From contig CAVVJT010000002.1 of the NCBI GenBank assembly GCA_963748625.1, positions 1 to 64,000 of the forward strand: a stretch of DNA of 64,000 nt, written 5' to 3'. The DNA is from an uncultured Chloroflexia bacterium. GTDB lineage: Bacteria; Chloroflexota; Limnocylindria; Limnocylindrales; CSP1-4. Positions within the stretch are counted from its first letter, which is position 1. Each line of letters starts with the position of its first letter. The notes under the pieces were generated by a model. It saw nothing but the letters and a program-made list of their open reading frames with translations, ran no database searches and was not told the origin of the DNA. Of this stretch, positions 21,103-31,879 are shown piece by piece. A program made the position numbers and the translations under genes.

Positions 21103-21152
21103 GCATCCGGAGTGCCCCCGGCTACGACGACATCACCGCCGACGAGGAGAAC

Positions 21153-21425
21153 ATGATGGCGATGGTTCGCGTCGCACCGGTTTCGGTCCAGGTGCGCACA
21201 GGCTGGTTCAACGGGCTGCCCCGGGAGATCACGTGGGGTGACGAGCGGATGACGGTCACGCGCCTCGTGTCCATCCGTGAGGAGCGTCGCGCCTACCCGG
21301 CGATCACCGGCCCCCGCACCCTGTTCGAGGTTGACACCCCCACGCTGCGCCTGGCGCTGACGTTCCAGCACCGCTCGCGCCGCTGGACGATCGAGGGCCT
21401 CGACGGGCTCAAGGCTGCCGCCTGA
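21153..21425 (+). CDS. Small SOS-regulated hypothetical protein (DUF6504-like)
   Basis: GAGGAG RBS and a 90-aa beta-rich sequence P..I.W.....V......E...FEV......L.F....RW. Confidence 0.6.
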   Translation: MMAMVRVAPVSVQVRTGWFNGLPREITWGDERMTVTRLVSIREERRAYPAITGPRTLFEVDTPTLRLALTFQHRSRRWTIEGLDGLKAAA

Positions 21426-21482
21426 CGTTCCCACCACACACGGGAGTCGCGGCTCCTTCCCCGTCGGCTCCCCGGGTCGGCT

Positions 21483-21560
21483 GCGGGGCGGGCGTTGATG
21501 CGCTCGCCCCGCGGGCCATCTCGCCCCGCGGGCGTTGATGCGCTCGCCCCGCGGGCCACC
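21483..21560. repeat. 40-bp tandem duplication with a hairpin (REP-like)
   Basis: GGGCGTTGATGCGCTCGCCCCGCGGGCCA occurs twice. Confidence 0.6.
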
Positions 21561-21670
21561 TGGAGCCAGGCGCTCGCTTCTGACAACTGTCAACAAGATG
21601 GGCCGAAGGACCCTGCTGGGCGGACGGTCCGGACTGACCCCGCTTGGTGCGCATCTCTACAATCGCGACG

Positions 21671-22339
21671 ATGGAACCGAATGCGCGTTTTCGCGACCTC
21701 ACGGTCGCCCAGTTCGTCGATCAGCTCGCGTCGGGTGAGCCAGTCCCAGGCGGCGGAGCCGCCGCCGCCGTCGCCGGCAGCCTTGGCGGTGCGCTGGTGG
21801 CGATGGTCAGCGCCCTGTCGGACGGACGCCCCAAGTACGCCGAGCACCAGGCGCTGATCACGAAGGCGCTGGCCGCCGGGCGCGAGCTCGCGGACCGGTT
21901 GCTCGCCCTGGCGGACGAGGATGCCGAGGCGTTCGCCGGGTTCGGGATCGCCATGAAGCTGCCGCGCGAGACAGACGAGGAGAAGGCGGCCCGCACGGCA
22001 GCCATCTCGGATGCCGCCATCGCCGCGAGCCAGGCCCCGTTCAAGACCGTCCAGGCATGCGCTGAGGTGGTCGCCTGGGCCGAGGCGCTCGCCGGCCGGA
22101 GCAACAGGAACGCCTCGTCCGACCTCGAGGTCGCGAGCCTGATGGCGGTCGCGGCTGCCGAGTCGGCTGCTGCCAACGTCTACGTGAACCTGCCGGCGAT
22201 CGCCGACCAGGGTGTCGCATCGGACCTGCTGGAGCGCACGAAGCTCCTCGTGGACGAGATCGACCGCGCGGCCGCCACCACGCGCAATCACGTGCGCGGC
22301 GGGCAGGCCCGCGAGCCGCTGCCCGAGCCCGTCGCATGA
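21671..22339 (+). CDS. Formiminotetrahydrofolate cyclodeaminase / methenyl-THF cyclohydrolase (FTCD_C)
   Basis: LASGEPVPGGG.AAA, LADEDAEAF, N.NASSD and NVYVNL. Confidence 0.85.
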   Translation: MEPNARFRDLTVAQFVDQLASGEPVPGGGAAAAVAGSLGGALVAMVSALSDGRPKYAEHQALITKALAAGRELADRLLALADEDAEAFAGFGIAMKLPRETDEEKAARTAAISDAAIAASQAPFKTVQACAEVVAWAEALAGRSNRNASSDLEVASLMAVAAAESAAANVYVNLPAIADQGVASDLLERTKLLVDEIDRAAATTRNHVRGGQAREPLPEPVA

Positions 22340-23238
22340 CGGCCATCGTCGAGGAGGGCCCGCGCCTTCTCAAGGGCGGCCCCATCGCCGCGTCAATCCG
22401 GGAGAAAGTCGCTGCCGACGTCGCGGCATTCAAGCAGGAGTTCGGCTACACGCCCGGGCTCACCGTCCTGGTCGTGGGAGCGGATGCGCCGTCCCTCGTC
22501 TACCTCAACAAGATCCTCGACGGGTGCCGCCTCGTCGGTATCAAGGACCGCCTGGTCGAGCTGCCGGCCGACGCCACGGAGGCGGACGTCTCGGCCGCCG
22601 TCGAACGGATCTGTGACGACCGCCAGGTCGCGGGCCTCATCGTCCAGCAGCCGCTGCCCAAGGCCATCGGCCTGCGCTCGGTCATCGACGTCCTGGACCC
22701 GCTGCGCGACATCGACGGCATCCATCCCACCAACGCCGGGCTCCTGTCGCTCGGCTACGACGGGTTCCTGCCTGCCACCGCCCACGCGTCGATCGAGATC
22801 CTCAAGCAGTCGGGGATCCAGATCTCGGGCAAGCGGGCGGTGGTCGTCGGCCGGTCGAACGTCATCGGCAAGCCAGCCGCGCTGCTCCTCGTCCGCGAGA
22901 ACGCCACCGTTACGATCTGCCACAGCAAGACGGAGAACCTGCCGGACGTGATCCGGGAGGCCGATATCGTCGTGGTCGCCATCGGCAAGGCGAACTTCGT
23001 GACCGGCGCCATGCTCAAGCCCGGTGCCGTCGTCGTCGACGTCGGCATCAACGTTGTGGACGGCAAGCTCGTGGGCGATGTCGAGTTCGACTCGGCCGTC
23101 CGCATCGCCTCCGCGATCACCCCCGTCCCGGGCGGTGTCGGGCCGCTCACCAACGCGATCCTGCTCACGCACCTTGTCCAGGCCGCCCGCGCCCAGGCGA
23201 CCGGCGACACGCCGCTCGGCACCCACGTCCGCGCGTAA
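22336..23238 (+). CDS. folD: Bifunctional methylene-THF dehydrogenase/cyclohydrolase
   Basis: DIDGIHPTN, VVGRSNVIGKP, VDVGIN and TPVPGGVGPLT. Confidence 0.95.
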   Translation: MTAIVEEGPRLLKGGPIAASIREKVAADVAAFKQEFGYTPGLTVLVVGADAPSLVYLNKILDGCRLVGIKDRLVELPADATEADVSAAVERICDDRQVAGLIVQQPLPKAIGLRSVIDVLDPLRDIDGIHPTNAGLLSLGYDGFLPATAHASIEILKQSGIQISGKRAVVVGRSNVIGKPAALLLVRENATVTICHSKTENLPDVIREADIVVVAIGKANFVTGAMLKPGAVVVDVGINVVDGKLVGDVEFDSAVRIASAITPVPGGVGPLTNAILLTHLVQAARAQATGDTPLGTHVRA

Positions 23239-23288
23239 TCCAGTCCTGCTCCCACGATCGCCCCAGTCCAAGCCAGGAGTCCCCACCG

Positions 23289-24995
23289 ATGAGCTTCCCG
23301 TCAGACCTCGAGATCGCACGCTCCGTCACGCCTCGCCCCATCATGGAGATCGCCGCCGAGATGGGCTTCACCGAGGATGAGGTCGAGCTCTACGGCCGCT
23401 ACAAGGCCAAGATCACGATCGAGGGGATCGAGCGCAAGGAGCGCGAGCACGGCCGGGGCAAGTACGTCCTCGTGACCGCGATCAGCCCCACGCCGCTCGG
23501 CGAGGGCAAGAGCACCACGACCGTCGGTCTCGCCCAGGGCCTCCAGAAGATCGGCAAGAAGGCCACGGTCGCCCTGCGCCAGCCGTCGCTCGGCCCGGTC
23601 TTCGGCATCAAGGGTGGCGCCGCCGGCGGCGGGTACTCCCAGGTCATCCCGATGGAGGACTTCAACCTCCACCTCACGGGCGACATCCACGCCATCGGCG
23701 CGGCCCACAACCTGGCCGCGGCTTTCATCGACAACCACATCCACCACGGCAATGCCCTGGGCATCGACGCCAACAACGTGCTCTGGCCGCGGGTCATGGA
23801 CATCAGCGACCGCGCCCTGCGCGAGATCGTCGTGGGCCTCGGCGGCAAGGACAACGGCTACCCGCGCCAGACCCAGTTCGTGATCACCGTCGCGTCCGAG
23901 GTCATGGCGATCCTCGCGCTTGCGACCGACCTCAAGGACCTCCGCGCGCGCCTCGGCCGCATCGTCCTGGCGACGAAGAAGGACGGCACCCCGATCACCG
24001 CCGAGGACCTCAAGGTCGCGGGGTCGATGGCCGTGCTGCTCAAGGACGCGCTCAAGCCGAACCTGATGCAGACGCTCGAGGGCGGCCCCGCCTTTGTGCA
24101 CTGCGGCCCGTTCGCCAACATCGCCCACGGCAACAACAGCATCCTCGCCGACCGCGCGGCGCTGGCGGGCTCGGACATCCTCGTCACCGAAGCCGGGTTC
24201 GGGGCCGACATGGGCGCCGAGAAGTTCTTCGACATCAAGCTCCGCGCCAGCGGCATGCGCTGCGACGCGGCGGTCATCGTGGCCACCATCCGCGCGCTCA
24301 AGATGAACGGCGGCGTGGGCAAGGTCGTGGCGGGCAAGCCGCTCGACCCGGCGCTCCTCGAGAACAACCCCGAGGGTGTCCGCAAGGGCGCCGCCAACCT
24401 GCGCAAGCAGATCGAGAACGTGCGCGCGTTCGGCGTGCCGGTCGTGGTGGCGATCAACATCTTCCCGACCGACACGCCCGACGAGATCCAGGCGATCAAG
24501 GAGGAGGCGGCCGCCGCCGGTGCCAAGGCCGCCGTCGAGGCCCGCCACTTCACCGATGGCGGCGATGGCGCGATCGAGCTGGCCAAGGCGGTCTGGGCCG
24601 CAGCCGAGGAGGGTTCGCCCGACTTCAAGCTGCTGTACCCCGACGACATGCCGCTCAAGGGCAAGATCGAGACCATCGCCACCCGCATCTACGGCGCGGA
24701 CGGCGTGGACTACCTGCCGGCCGCCAACAAGCAGCTCGCCGCCTTCGAGGCCATGGGCTACGGCCACCTGCCGATCTGCATGGCCAAGACCCAGTACTCG
24801 CTGTCCCATGACGCGAAGCTCCTGGGCGCGCCCACCGGCTTCCGGATCCCGGTGCGCGAGGTCCGCCTCTACGCGGGCGCGGGCTTCGTCACCCCGATCC
24901 TGGGTGACATGCGCACGATGCCCGGTCTCAACTCCCGCCCCGGCGGCGAGAGGATCGACATCGACGAGGACGGGAACATCGTCGGCCTGTTCTAG
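23289..24995 (+). CDS. fhs: Formate-tetrahydrofolate ligase
   Basis: PTPLGEGKSTT, KGGAAGGGYSQV, GPFANIAHG and TEAGFGAD. Confidence 0.97.
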   Translation: MSFPSDLEIARSVTPRPIMEIAAEMGFTEDEVELYGRYKAKITIEGIERKEREHGRGKYVLVTAISPTPLGEGKSTTTVGLAQGLQKIGKKATVALRQPSLGPVFGIKGGAAGGGYSQVIPMEDFNLHLTGDIHAIGAAHNLAAAFIDNHIHHGNALGIDANNVLWPRVMDISDRALREIVVGLGGKDNGYPRQTQFVITVASEVMAILALATDLKDLRARLGRIVLATKKDGTPITAEDLKVAGSMAVLLKDALKPNLMQTLEGGPAFVHCGPFANIAHGNNSILADRAALAGSDILVTEAGFGADMGAEKFFDIKLRASGMRCDAAVIVATIRALKMNGGVGKVVAGKPLDPALLENNPEGVRKGAANLRKQIENVRAFGVPVVVAINIFPTDTPDEIQAIKEEAAAAGAKAAVEARHFTDGGDGAIELAKAVWAAAEEGSPDFKLLYPDDMPLKGKIETIATRIYGADGVDYLPAANKQLAAFEAMGYGHLPICMAKTQYSLSHDAKLLGAPTGFRIPVREVRLYAGAGFVTPILGDMRTMPGLNSRPGGERIDIDEDGNIVGLF

Positions 24996-25052
24996 GCACC
25001 GCACAGCCACGACGGGGCAGGCTCCGGCCCGCCCCGTCGCGCTGATTCCCGC

Positions 25053-26048
25053 ATGTTGATCCTCGACGCGCTGGGCCGGGTCCTCCCGGTCCTCCTGCTG
25101 TTCGGCCTTGGCGCGCTGCTGCGCCGCACCGGGTTCCTCGCCGAGACCACCGTCGCCGACCTGCGCCGGCTGGTGCTCAACATCACCCTTCCGGCCGCGC
25201 TGTTCCTGACGTTCCTGCGCGTCTCGCTCGAGGCGCGCTACCTGCCGATCGTCGCGATCGTCTTCGCCGCCTGCGTGCTGATGCTCGTGGTGGGACCGCT
25301 CCTGACCCGCGGGGTCGGTGTGCGGTCGTGGTACGGCGGCCGCCTGCTGGCCGGTTTCGAAGCTGGAATGCTGGGCTACGCCATCTACGGCGGCGTGTTC
25401 GGCCAGGAGGCGCTCTACCGCTTCGGGATCGTCGATCTCGGCCAGGTGCTGTTCGTGTTCTTCGTCCTGGCGACGGTGCTCACCCGCCATGCGACAGGGC
25501 GCACGCCCGAGGCGAAGGAGGCCCTCCTCGCGTTCGTGCGGACGCCGGTGATCCTCGCGATCGTGGCCGGCGTCGCCGGGAGCGCGATCGGCCTGGCGCC
25601 CGTCCTCGACTCGAACCCGCTGAGCGGCGCGGTGCTCTCGACCCTCGCGCTGCTAGGGGCCGTGACCACGCCCGTGATCGCGATCGTGATCGGCTACGGG
25701 ACGCAGCTGCGGCCGGGGGCGCTCTCGATGCCGGCCCGGACGGTGGCCGTCCGCATGACGGCATGGGTGCTGCTCGCGGTCGCGTTCGACAAGCTGGTGG
25801 TCGAAGGGTTGCTGGGGCTGGACCGGCTGTTCGGTGCGGCGGTGCTGACGATGGCGGTCCTGCCGCCGCCGTTCGTGGTCCCGCTCTACATGCGCGACGG
25901 CGGCGATCCGGGGACCGGCGGCCCCGACACCGACCGTGACAACGCAGACCGCGATGAGCGTGGGTACGTCACGGACACACTGTCGCTCGCCACGCTTGCG
26001 ACGCTTGTCGCCATCCCGTTGATCGCGGTGGCGTTCGCCGGGGTGTGA
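25053..26048 (+). CDS. AEC-family-like membrane transporter
   Basis: About 10 TM segments, LVLNITLPAALF and a GMLGY motif. Confidence 0.65.
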   Translation: MLILDALGRVLPVLLLFGLGALLRRTGFLAETTVADLRRLVLNITLPAALFLTFLRVSLEARYLPIVAIVFAACVLMLVVGPLLTRGVGVRSWYGGRLLAGFEAGMLGYAIYGGVFGQEALYRFGIVDLGQVLFVFFVLATVLTRHATGRTPEAKEALLAFVRTPVILAIVAGVAGSAIGLAPVLDSNPLSGAVLSTLALLGAVTTPVIAIVIGYGTQLRPGALSMPARTVAVRMTAWVLLAVAFDKLVVEGLLGLDRLFGAAVLTMAVLPPPFVVPLYMRDGGDPGTGGPDTDRDNADRDERGYVTDTLSLATLATLVAIPLIAVAFAGV

Positions 26049-26166
26049 TCAGCCTCGGGTCGGCGGCCGGGCTTCCGGTCTGTGATCAGCCTCCGGTCGG
26101 CGGCCAGGCTTCGGGCCGGCGACCAGGCCTCCGGTCGGCGATCAGGCCTCCGGTCGGCGATCAGGC
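26046..26166. repeat. Degenerate ~20-bp tandem repeats (GATCAG(G)CCTCCGGTCGGC) between convergent genes
   Basis: About 5-6 imperfect copies are visible. Confidence 0.55.
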
Positions 26167-26355
26167 GTTGAACGCGAAACCCGTCGCGACCACGAACCCG
26201 GCGACGACCACCACGGCGGCTGCGACACCGACGAGGCCGACGCCCCACATCTTCCAGTCGATCGGGCCGAGGGCAGGCCCGCCGTGGCCATCGTGATCGT
26301 CATGGCCGCCGTGATCGTCATGTGCGGCAGCGCCGTGTGCGTCGTGGTCGCTCAT
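26161..26355 (-). CDS. Small His-rich membrane protein
   Basis: His/Asp-rich N-terminus, LGPIDW and one TM helix. Confidence 0.5.
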   Translation of the reverse strand: MSDHDAHGAAAHDDHGGHDDHDGHGGPALGPIDWKMWGVGLVGVAAAVVVVAGFVVATGFAFNA

Positions 26356-26403
26356 CGTCTTCTCGTGGAACCTCCGCGCCCATTGTTCCATGACCGAACC
26401 GAG

Positions 26404-26775
26404 CTAGTGTCGCGTGCCGCCAATGGCTGGCGGATACCCCTCCGTGCCGGTGCGGCTGATCGGAGGCGGCATCACCGGGCGTCGCCCACGACGGCTGCTG
26501 CCGTTATGCGCACACGGCGCGCACACGGAGCGGTGACGTCGCGGGATGTGCGCCCGGTGCGCCGTCCATGCGCTCCGGCAGGGTCCCGATGGCACGACCT
26601 GCGCACCAGCCGCGCATCGAGCGCTCCGGCCGCACCGTGTGGCCGTCCGGCGCGCAGCCGGACGGAGACAGGACCCGGACGGAGACAGGACCCGGACGGC
26701 GACAGGACCCGGACGGCGCCAGGACCCGGAGCGGCGGTCCGCACGCCGCCAGCGACCAGCGAATCGGGACACTAG
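26404..26775 (+). mobile_element. MITE-like repeat, full-length copy 2
   Basis: Terminal inverted repeat CTAGTGTCGCG...CGGGACACTAG and internal 18-bp tandem units GGACGG(A/C)GACAGGACCC. Confidence 0.75.
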
Positions 26776-26786
26776 ACTCTCTCCTG

Positions 26787-27494
26787 ATGCTGACACTCGT
26801 CCTCACCCGCCACGGCCTCACCGACCTCTCCGAGCCCGAGCAGCACCTCGGCCAACGCGTCGACGTGTCGCTCAACGACGCGGGCCGCCGCCAGGCCAAG
26901 GCGCTTGCACGGCGCCTCGCCCACGTCCGGTTCGACCGGGCCATCACGAGCCCGTTGTTCCGAGCCCAGGAGACAGCCGAGATCGTGGCCGGCGGAATCC
27001 ACCTGGAGCCGGACCCGCGCCTCAAGGAGATGGACTACGGCGGCTGGGAGGGCATGACCTACGCCCAGATCGCCGAGCGCGACGGCGCGTTCCGGCGCGA
27101 GTGGGAGCTCGCCCCGGACCGGCTGGCCTGTCCCGGTGGGGAGTCCGGCCAGGACGTGGCGGTGCGGGTCCGCTCGTTCCTCGACGACCTGCTCGCCGAC
27201 CACAAGGCATGGCATGCGCGAGCTGCGTTCCGGGCGACCTTCAAGGCCGGCTCCGCGGCCCAGACCCCCGAGCGCCCGATCCTGGTGGTGGGCCACAGCT
27301 CCACCAACCGGGTGCTCCTGTGCGTTGCGCTGGGCACGGACATCCGCGACTACCGGCGCCGGTTCGTCCAGGGCCAGGCGAACCTCACGGTCCTGCGCTG
27401 GGAGGCCGGCGACGCGCCTGGCGACGGCAAGCTGCTGGTCGGGAACGATCTCGCCCACCTGCTGCCGGTGGACGGAGTGCCCTGGGCCGGCTGA
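26787..27494 (+). CDS. Histidine phosphatase (phosphoglycerate mutase-like) family protein
   Basis: LTRHG, TSPLFRAQETA, EMDYGGWEG, PGGES and VGH. Confidence 0.9.
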   Translation: MLTLVLTRHGLTDLSEPEQHLGQRVDVSLNDAGRRQAKALARRLAHVRFDRAITSPLFRAQETAEIVAGGIHLEPDPRLKEMDYGGWEGMTYAQIAERDGAFRREWELAPDRLACPGGESGQDVAVRVRSFLDDLLADHKAWHARAAFRATFKAGSAAQTPERPILVVGHSSTNRVLLCVALGTDIRDYRRRFVQGQANLTVLRWEAGDAPGDGKLLVGNDLAHLLPVDGVPWAG

Positions 27495-27543
27495 GCTCTG
27501 CACCCGCCCGGCGCCCGGAGTCGCGGTCGGCGTAGGGCGAAGA

Positions 27544-28263
27544 TCAGCCCTCGGACGCCGGCTCCTCGGCGGCCTCGGCGGTCGCGGTCGCGGTCGCGGT
27601 GGCGGTGGCGTTCCGCTTCGGCAGGCCCGGCATCCCGAACCGCCACCAGAGCAGCAGCAGGAACACGAGGATCACGCCCGCGGCGATCGCCATGTCGAAC
27701 GGCTTGAGCATGTCCCGGATCGTGACCCAGTTCTCGCCCAGCACCACGCCCGCATACACGAGGAGCATCGACCACAGGAACGCGCCCGCCGTCGAGTAGA
27801 TGACGAACTTGCCGATCGGCATCCGGGTGACGCCGGCCGGGAACGAGATGAACGTGCGCACGATCGGCAGCAGCCGGCCGATGAACACGGTGGCCGAGCC
27901 GTACTTGGTGAAGAACCTGTCGGCGGCCTCCAGCTCGTGCTCGCGGATCAGCATGTACTTGCCGTACCGCTCCAGGAACGGCCGGCCACCCCATGCGCCG
28001 ATGGCATATGCCACCAGCGACCCGAGCGTGTTGCCGATCGTCGCCACCACCACCACGATCCAGAAGTTCCAGGGCTGGCCGGTGAGCGGCTCGACCTGCG
28101 ACGGATCGGAGACCATGAACCCGCCCAGCGGCAGGATGAGCTCGGACGGGAGCGGGATCATCGCCGACTCGATCGCCATCGCCAGCATCACGCCGATGTA
28201 GCCGACGGCGCCGTACAGCGACTGCAGGAAGGGCAGGGCGATGTCGTCGATGAAGCCGATCAC
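27544..28263 (-). CDS. DedA family membrane protein
   Basis: IESAMIPLPSELILP and FIGRLLPIVRTFISFPAG. Confidence 0.9.
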   Translation of the reverse strand: MIGFIDDIALPFLQSLYGAVGYIGVMLAMAIESAMIPLPSELILPLGGFMVSDPSQVEPLTGQPWNFWIVVVVATIGNTLGSLVAYAIGAWGGRPFLERYGKYMLIREHELEAADRFFTKYGSATVFIGRLLPIVRTFISFPAGVTRMPIGKFVIYSTAGAFLWSMLLVYAGVVLGENWVTIRDMLKPFDMAIAAGVILVFLLLLWWRFGMPGLPKRNATATATATATAEAAEEPASEG

Positions 28264-28372
28264 GGGCGGGCGGGTCCTCGGTGCGCGTGGTGTCGTCAGG
28301 TCCAGTGGGCGTCCGACGCGAACCTGCGCCGCGCGGACACGCGCCGCAGGATAGCCGACTATCCTCGGACAG

Positions 28373-30227
28373 GTGACCGACGCACACTTCCTCCCCGAGC
28401 GTTCCCCGGCCCCCCATCCCAGTGATCTCGTCGTCCTGACGGGTGCCGACCTGTCGATCGCCGACGTCGAAGCCGTGGCCCGCCACGGCGCCCGTGCCGC
28501 GCTGGACGTCCATGCCCGCGACCGCATGCAGGAGGCGCGCGACGTCATCGAGGCGCTCGTCGCCCGGGGCGAGGTGGTCTACGGCGTCACCACGGGCTTC
28601 GGCGACCTGGCCACAACCTTCATCCCACCCGGTGATGCCGCGCAGCTCCAGGAGAACCTGATCGCGTCGCACGCCGCGGGCGTGGGCCGGCCGTTCCCGC
28701 GCGAGGTCGTCCGGGCGATGCTGCTCCTGCGGGCGAACACGCTCGCGCTGGGGCACTCCGGCTGCCGGCCGCTGCTCGTGGACCGGATCTGCGCGTTCCT
28801 GGAGCTGGGAATCCACCCGGTCGTGCCCGAGCAGGGGAGCGTCGGCGCGTCCGGTGACCTCGCCCCGCTTGCACACCTCGCGCTGCCGATCATCGGGCGC
28901 GGCCAGGTGGAGCTGGGAGGGCAGGTGATGCCCTCGCTCATCGCCCTGCGCGAATGCGGGCTGGACCCGCTGCGGCTGGAGCCGAAGGAGGGCCTGGCGC
29001 TCCTCAACGGGACGCAGCTGATGAGCGCGCTGGGCGCCCTCCTCCTCGCCGATGCGGACCGCCTCGTGCGCACCGCGTCGGTGGCGGCGGCACTCACCGT
29101 TGAGGCGATGCTGGGCACCGAGGTCGCGTACGCCGCCCCCTACCAGCTGGCCCGGCCGCACCCGGGCCAGGTCCGAACCGCCGCCGAGCTGCGGCACCTG
29201 CTGCGCGGCTCCGGCCTGCAGACGGCGCACCACGTCGTCGGCGCACAAGGTGCAGGACCCGTACTCGCTGCGGTGCGTGCCGCAGGTGCACGGCGCCGTC
29301 CGCGATGCGCTGGACCACCTGCGGCGTGTGCTGGACGTGGAGCTCAACTCGGCCACCGACAACCCGCTCGTCTTTCCGGAGGGCGGCTCCGTCCCCACCG
29401 ATGCCCTCGCGACGGGCGGCGGCCTGGTGATCAGCGGTGGCAACTTCCACGGGGAGCCGATCGCGCTCGCGCTCGATTTCGCGAAGCTGGCGCTCTCGGA
29501 GCTGGGGGCCATCTCGGAGCGGCGGATCGCGCTGATGGTGGACCCGCGCCTCAACGGCGGACTGCCGGCCTTCCTCACGCCCGATCCCGGACGCAACAGC
29601 GGCCTGATGATCACGCAGTACACCGCGGCGGCGCTCGCGTCCGAGAACAAGGTGTTCGCCCACCCGGCCTCAGCCGACTCGATCCCCACCTCGGCCAACC
29701 AGGAGGACCACGTGTCGATGGGCGCCTCGTCGGCGCGTCACGCGCGGACGGTGCTGGGCCACGTGGAGCAGATCATCGCGATCGAGCTGCTCGCGGGTGC
29801 GCAGGCGCTGGACCTGCGGCTGGCGAAGATGGCGCACGACGCAGACGCCGGAGCGGGTCCAGCCGGGGAGGCGGCGCCGGCGGGCGCCGCGGACGGCCAC
29901 GATGCCGCGACTGGGGAGCCAGCGCCGGCGGGCGCCGCGGACGGCCACGATGCCGCGACTGGGGAGCCAGCGCCGGCGGGCGCCGCGGACGGCCACGATG
30001 CCGCGACTGGGGAGCCAGCGCCGGCGGGCGCCGCGGACGGCCACGATGCCGCGACCGGGCACGAGCGCGCGGCGCCGGTCCCGGGGCTGGGCGTGGCCGA
30101 GGCGCACGAGCGGATCCGGGCCCGGGTGTCCTTCCTTGCGGGGGACCGGGAGCCCGGGCCGGACATGGCGGCGCTGCTGGCGATGGTCCACGAGGGAGCT
30201 CTTGCCGACCTCGCTGGCCCCGGCTAG
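28373..30227 (+). CDS. hutH: Histidine ammonia-lyase (frameshift near 29235)
   Basis: [20 protein letters not shown] (MIO), [18 protein letters not shown] and NQEDHVSM. Confidence 0.93.
29874..30059 (+). repeat. In-frame 48-bp tandem repeat, about 4 copies ([16 protein letters not shown]), inside hutH
   Basis: Units start at 29874, 29922, 29970 and 30018. Confidence 0.85.
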
Positions 30228-30537
30228 CTTCCCGCTTCGCTGGCCGCTGGCCGCTGGCCGCTGGCCGCTGGCCGCGTGCGGACCGCGGTTCCGGGTCCTG
30301 GCGCCCATCCTGGCGCTGTCCGGCTGCGTGCCGGACAGCCACACGGTGCGGCCGGAGCGCTCGATGCGCGGCTGGTGCGCAGGTCGCGCCGTCGGGACCC
30401 TGCCGGAGTGCACGGACGGCGCACCGGGCGCACATCAAGCGACGTCACCGCTCCGTGTGTGCGACGGGTGCGCACGGCAGCAGTCGCCGTGTGAGACGGC
30501 CGGTGATGCCGCTCCGATCAGCGGAGCGGGGCGCTAG
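30224..30537 (-). mobile_element. MITE-like repeat, copy 3 (inverted), spanning CTAG to CTAG between two stop codons
   Basis: Reverse-complement similarity to 26404..26775. Contains a (CTGGCCG)n expansion. Confidence 0.7.
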
Positions 30538-31043
30538 GACGCGGCGGCCTCCACGCTGAGGCGGCCCTGGGAGTCGGCGAAGTCCCAGCAGTCGATCGCC
30601 GGCGGCTCGATGCCCAGGAGCGTCAGCGCCGTGCAGACCTGGCTGCGATGGTCCGAGCCGTGGTGCAGCACCTGCGCCAGCCGGATTCCCAGCGGCGCGA
30701 TGCTCCGGGTGCCGTCATCGCGGAGCCGGGCGACGGCGAGGTCGGGGTCGTCGGCATCGGCCAGCACGCCGGCCCACTCGGCGCCGAGGCGTGCCATGGC
30801 CGCGCGAAGCCCATCGAGGTCGAGGGCCTCCTCGTCCACCTCGGCCACCCGGCCGCCGGAGAGCGCGAAGAGGTAGCCCGCCTCGCCGCCCACGACGTGG
30901 CGGAGGGTGTCGAGGATGGAGCCGAAGCCGCCGGGGACCGGCGCGTCCAGCTGCGGGTCGGTCAACACCCGGCAGGTGTCCATGAGCTGCAGGGTCGCCC
31001 AAGTGTGGTGGTCGAAGGCGTCGGCGAGGATCGGTCTGGTCAT
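30534..31043 (-). CDS. DinB/YfiT-like four-helix metal-binding protein
   Basis: HHTWAT, GSILDTLRHVV and QVLHHGSDHRSQ. Confidence 0.8.
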   Translation of the reverse strand: MTRPILADAFDHHTWATLQLMDTCRVLTDPQLDAPVPGGFGSILDTLRHVVGGEAGYLFALSGGRVAEVDEEALDLDGLRAAMARLGAEWAGVLADADDPDLAVARLRDDGTRSIAPLGIRLAQVLHHGSDHRSQVCTALTLLGIEPPAIDCWDFADSQGRLSVEAAAS

Positions 31044-31105
31044 CCGCGGACCCTACCACGCGGGGTCGTCACCACCGGACGTGCGCCATGACGTCGCACA
31101 TGCAA

Positions 31106-31134
31106 GAAGGCGGGGCCACGGGGGCCCCGCCTTC
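31106..31134 (-). terminator. Intrinsic terminator downstream of the fasciclin gene
   Basis: GAAGGCGGGGCC-loop-GGCCCCGCCTTC hairpin. Confidence 0.55.
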
Positions 31135-31175
31135 GATTCGGGTCGGTTGCTGCGGGCCCGCGAGGGCCCGTGGGG

Positions 31176-31712
31176 TCAGTTCGCCGGCGGCAGGATGACC
31201 TGGTCGATGACGTGGATGACGCCGTTCGACGCCTCGATGTCGGTGGTGACGACCTTGGCGGTGTCGTTGAGGTAGACGGTTCCGTCCTTGACCTCGATCT
31301 TGATCGCGGGGCCCGCGACCGAGTCGGCCGTGGTCAGGCTGACGACCTGCTCCGCCATGACCTTGCCCTTGATCACGTGGTACAGGAGGATCTGCTTGAG
31401 GGCCTCGGGGTCCTTGAGGAGCCCGTCGAGCGTCCCTGCGGGCAGGGCGGCGAAGGCCTCATCGGTGGGGGCAAGGATGGTGAACGGTCCCTCGCTCTTG
31501 AGGGTGTCGACAAGGCCAGCGGCCGTCGCGGCCGTGAGGAGCGTCGTGAACGAGCCGGCTTCCGTGGCAACGTCAACGATGTCGCCCATCTCGGCGGCCA
31601 TGGTCGGGGCGGGGGTCGCCGGCGCCGGGCTGGGCGTCGCCGCGGTGGTTGAACAGGCCGACACCACGAGGGCGACGGCCGCAACGGAGAGGAGGAGGGT
31701 GCTGCGCTTCAT
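31176..31712 (-). CDS. Fasciclin (FAS1) domain lipoprotein
   Basis: Lipobox [23 protein letters not shown] and [10 protein letters not shown]. Confidence 0.9.
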   Translation of the reverse strand: MKRSTLLLSVAAVALVVSACSTTAATPSPAPATPAPTMAAEMGDIVDVATEAGSFTTLLTAATAAGLVDTLKSEGPFTILAPTDEAFAALPAGTLDGLLKDPEALKQILLYHVIKGKVMAEQVVSLTTADSVAGPAIKIEVKDGTVYLNDTAKVVTTDIEASNGVIHVIDQVILPPAN

Positions 31713-31879
31713 TGTGTGGTTCCTTCCGGGGAGGTGACGGGACTCGGCTTGCGTCGGGGGGTTCCGCGCCATCTGACCGTTCCACCCTCTTCTTCGTCGC
31801 CGACCCGATGCCGGATGGGAAGAGGTGAGGTCGCGACGTCACGGCCGCCCGTCGCGAACGGCTCGATCCCCAGGGAGCG

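Noticed and set aside
26660-26730. 18-bp GGACGGAGACAGGACCC repeats as a CRISPR array
   Set aside because: The units are directly tandem with no unique spacers, lie inside the MITE, and no cas genes are present.
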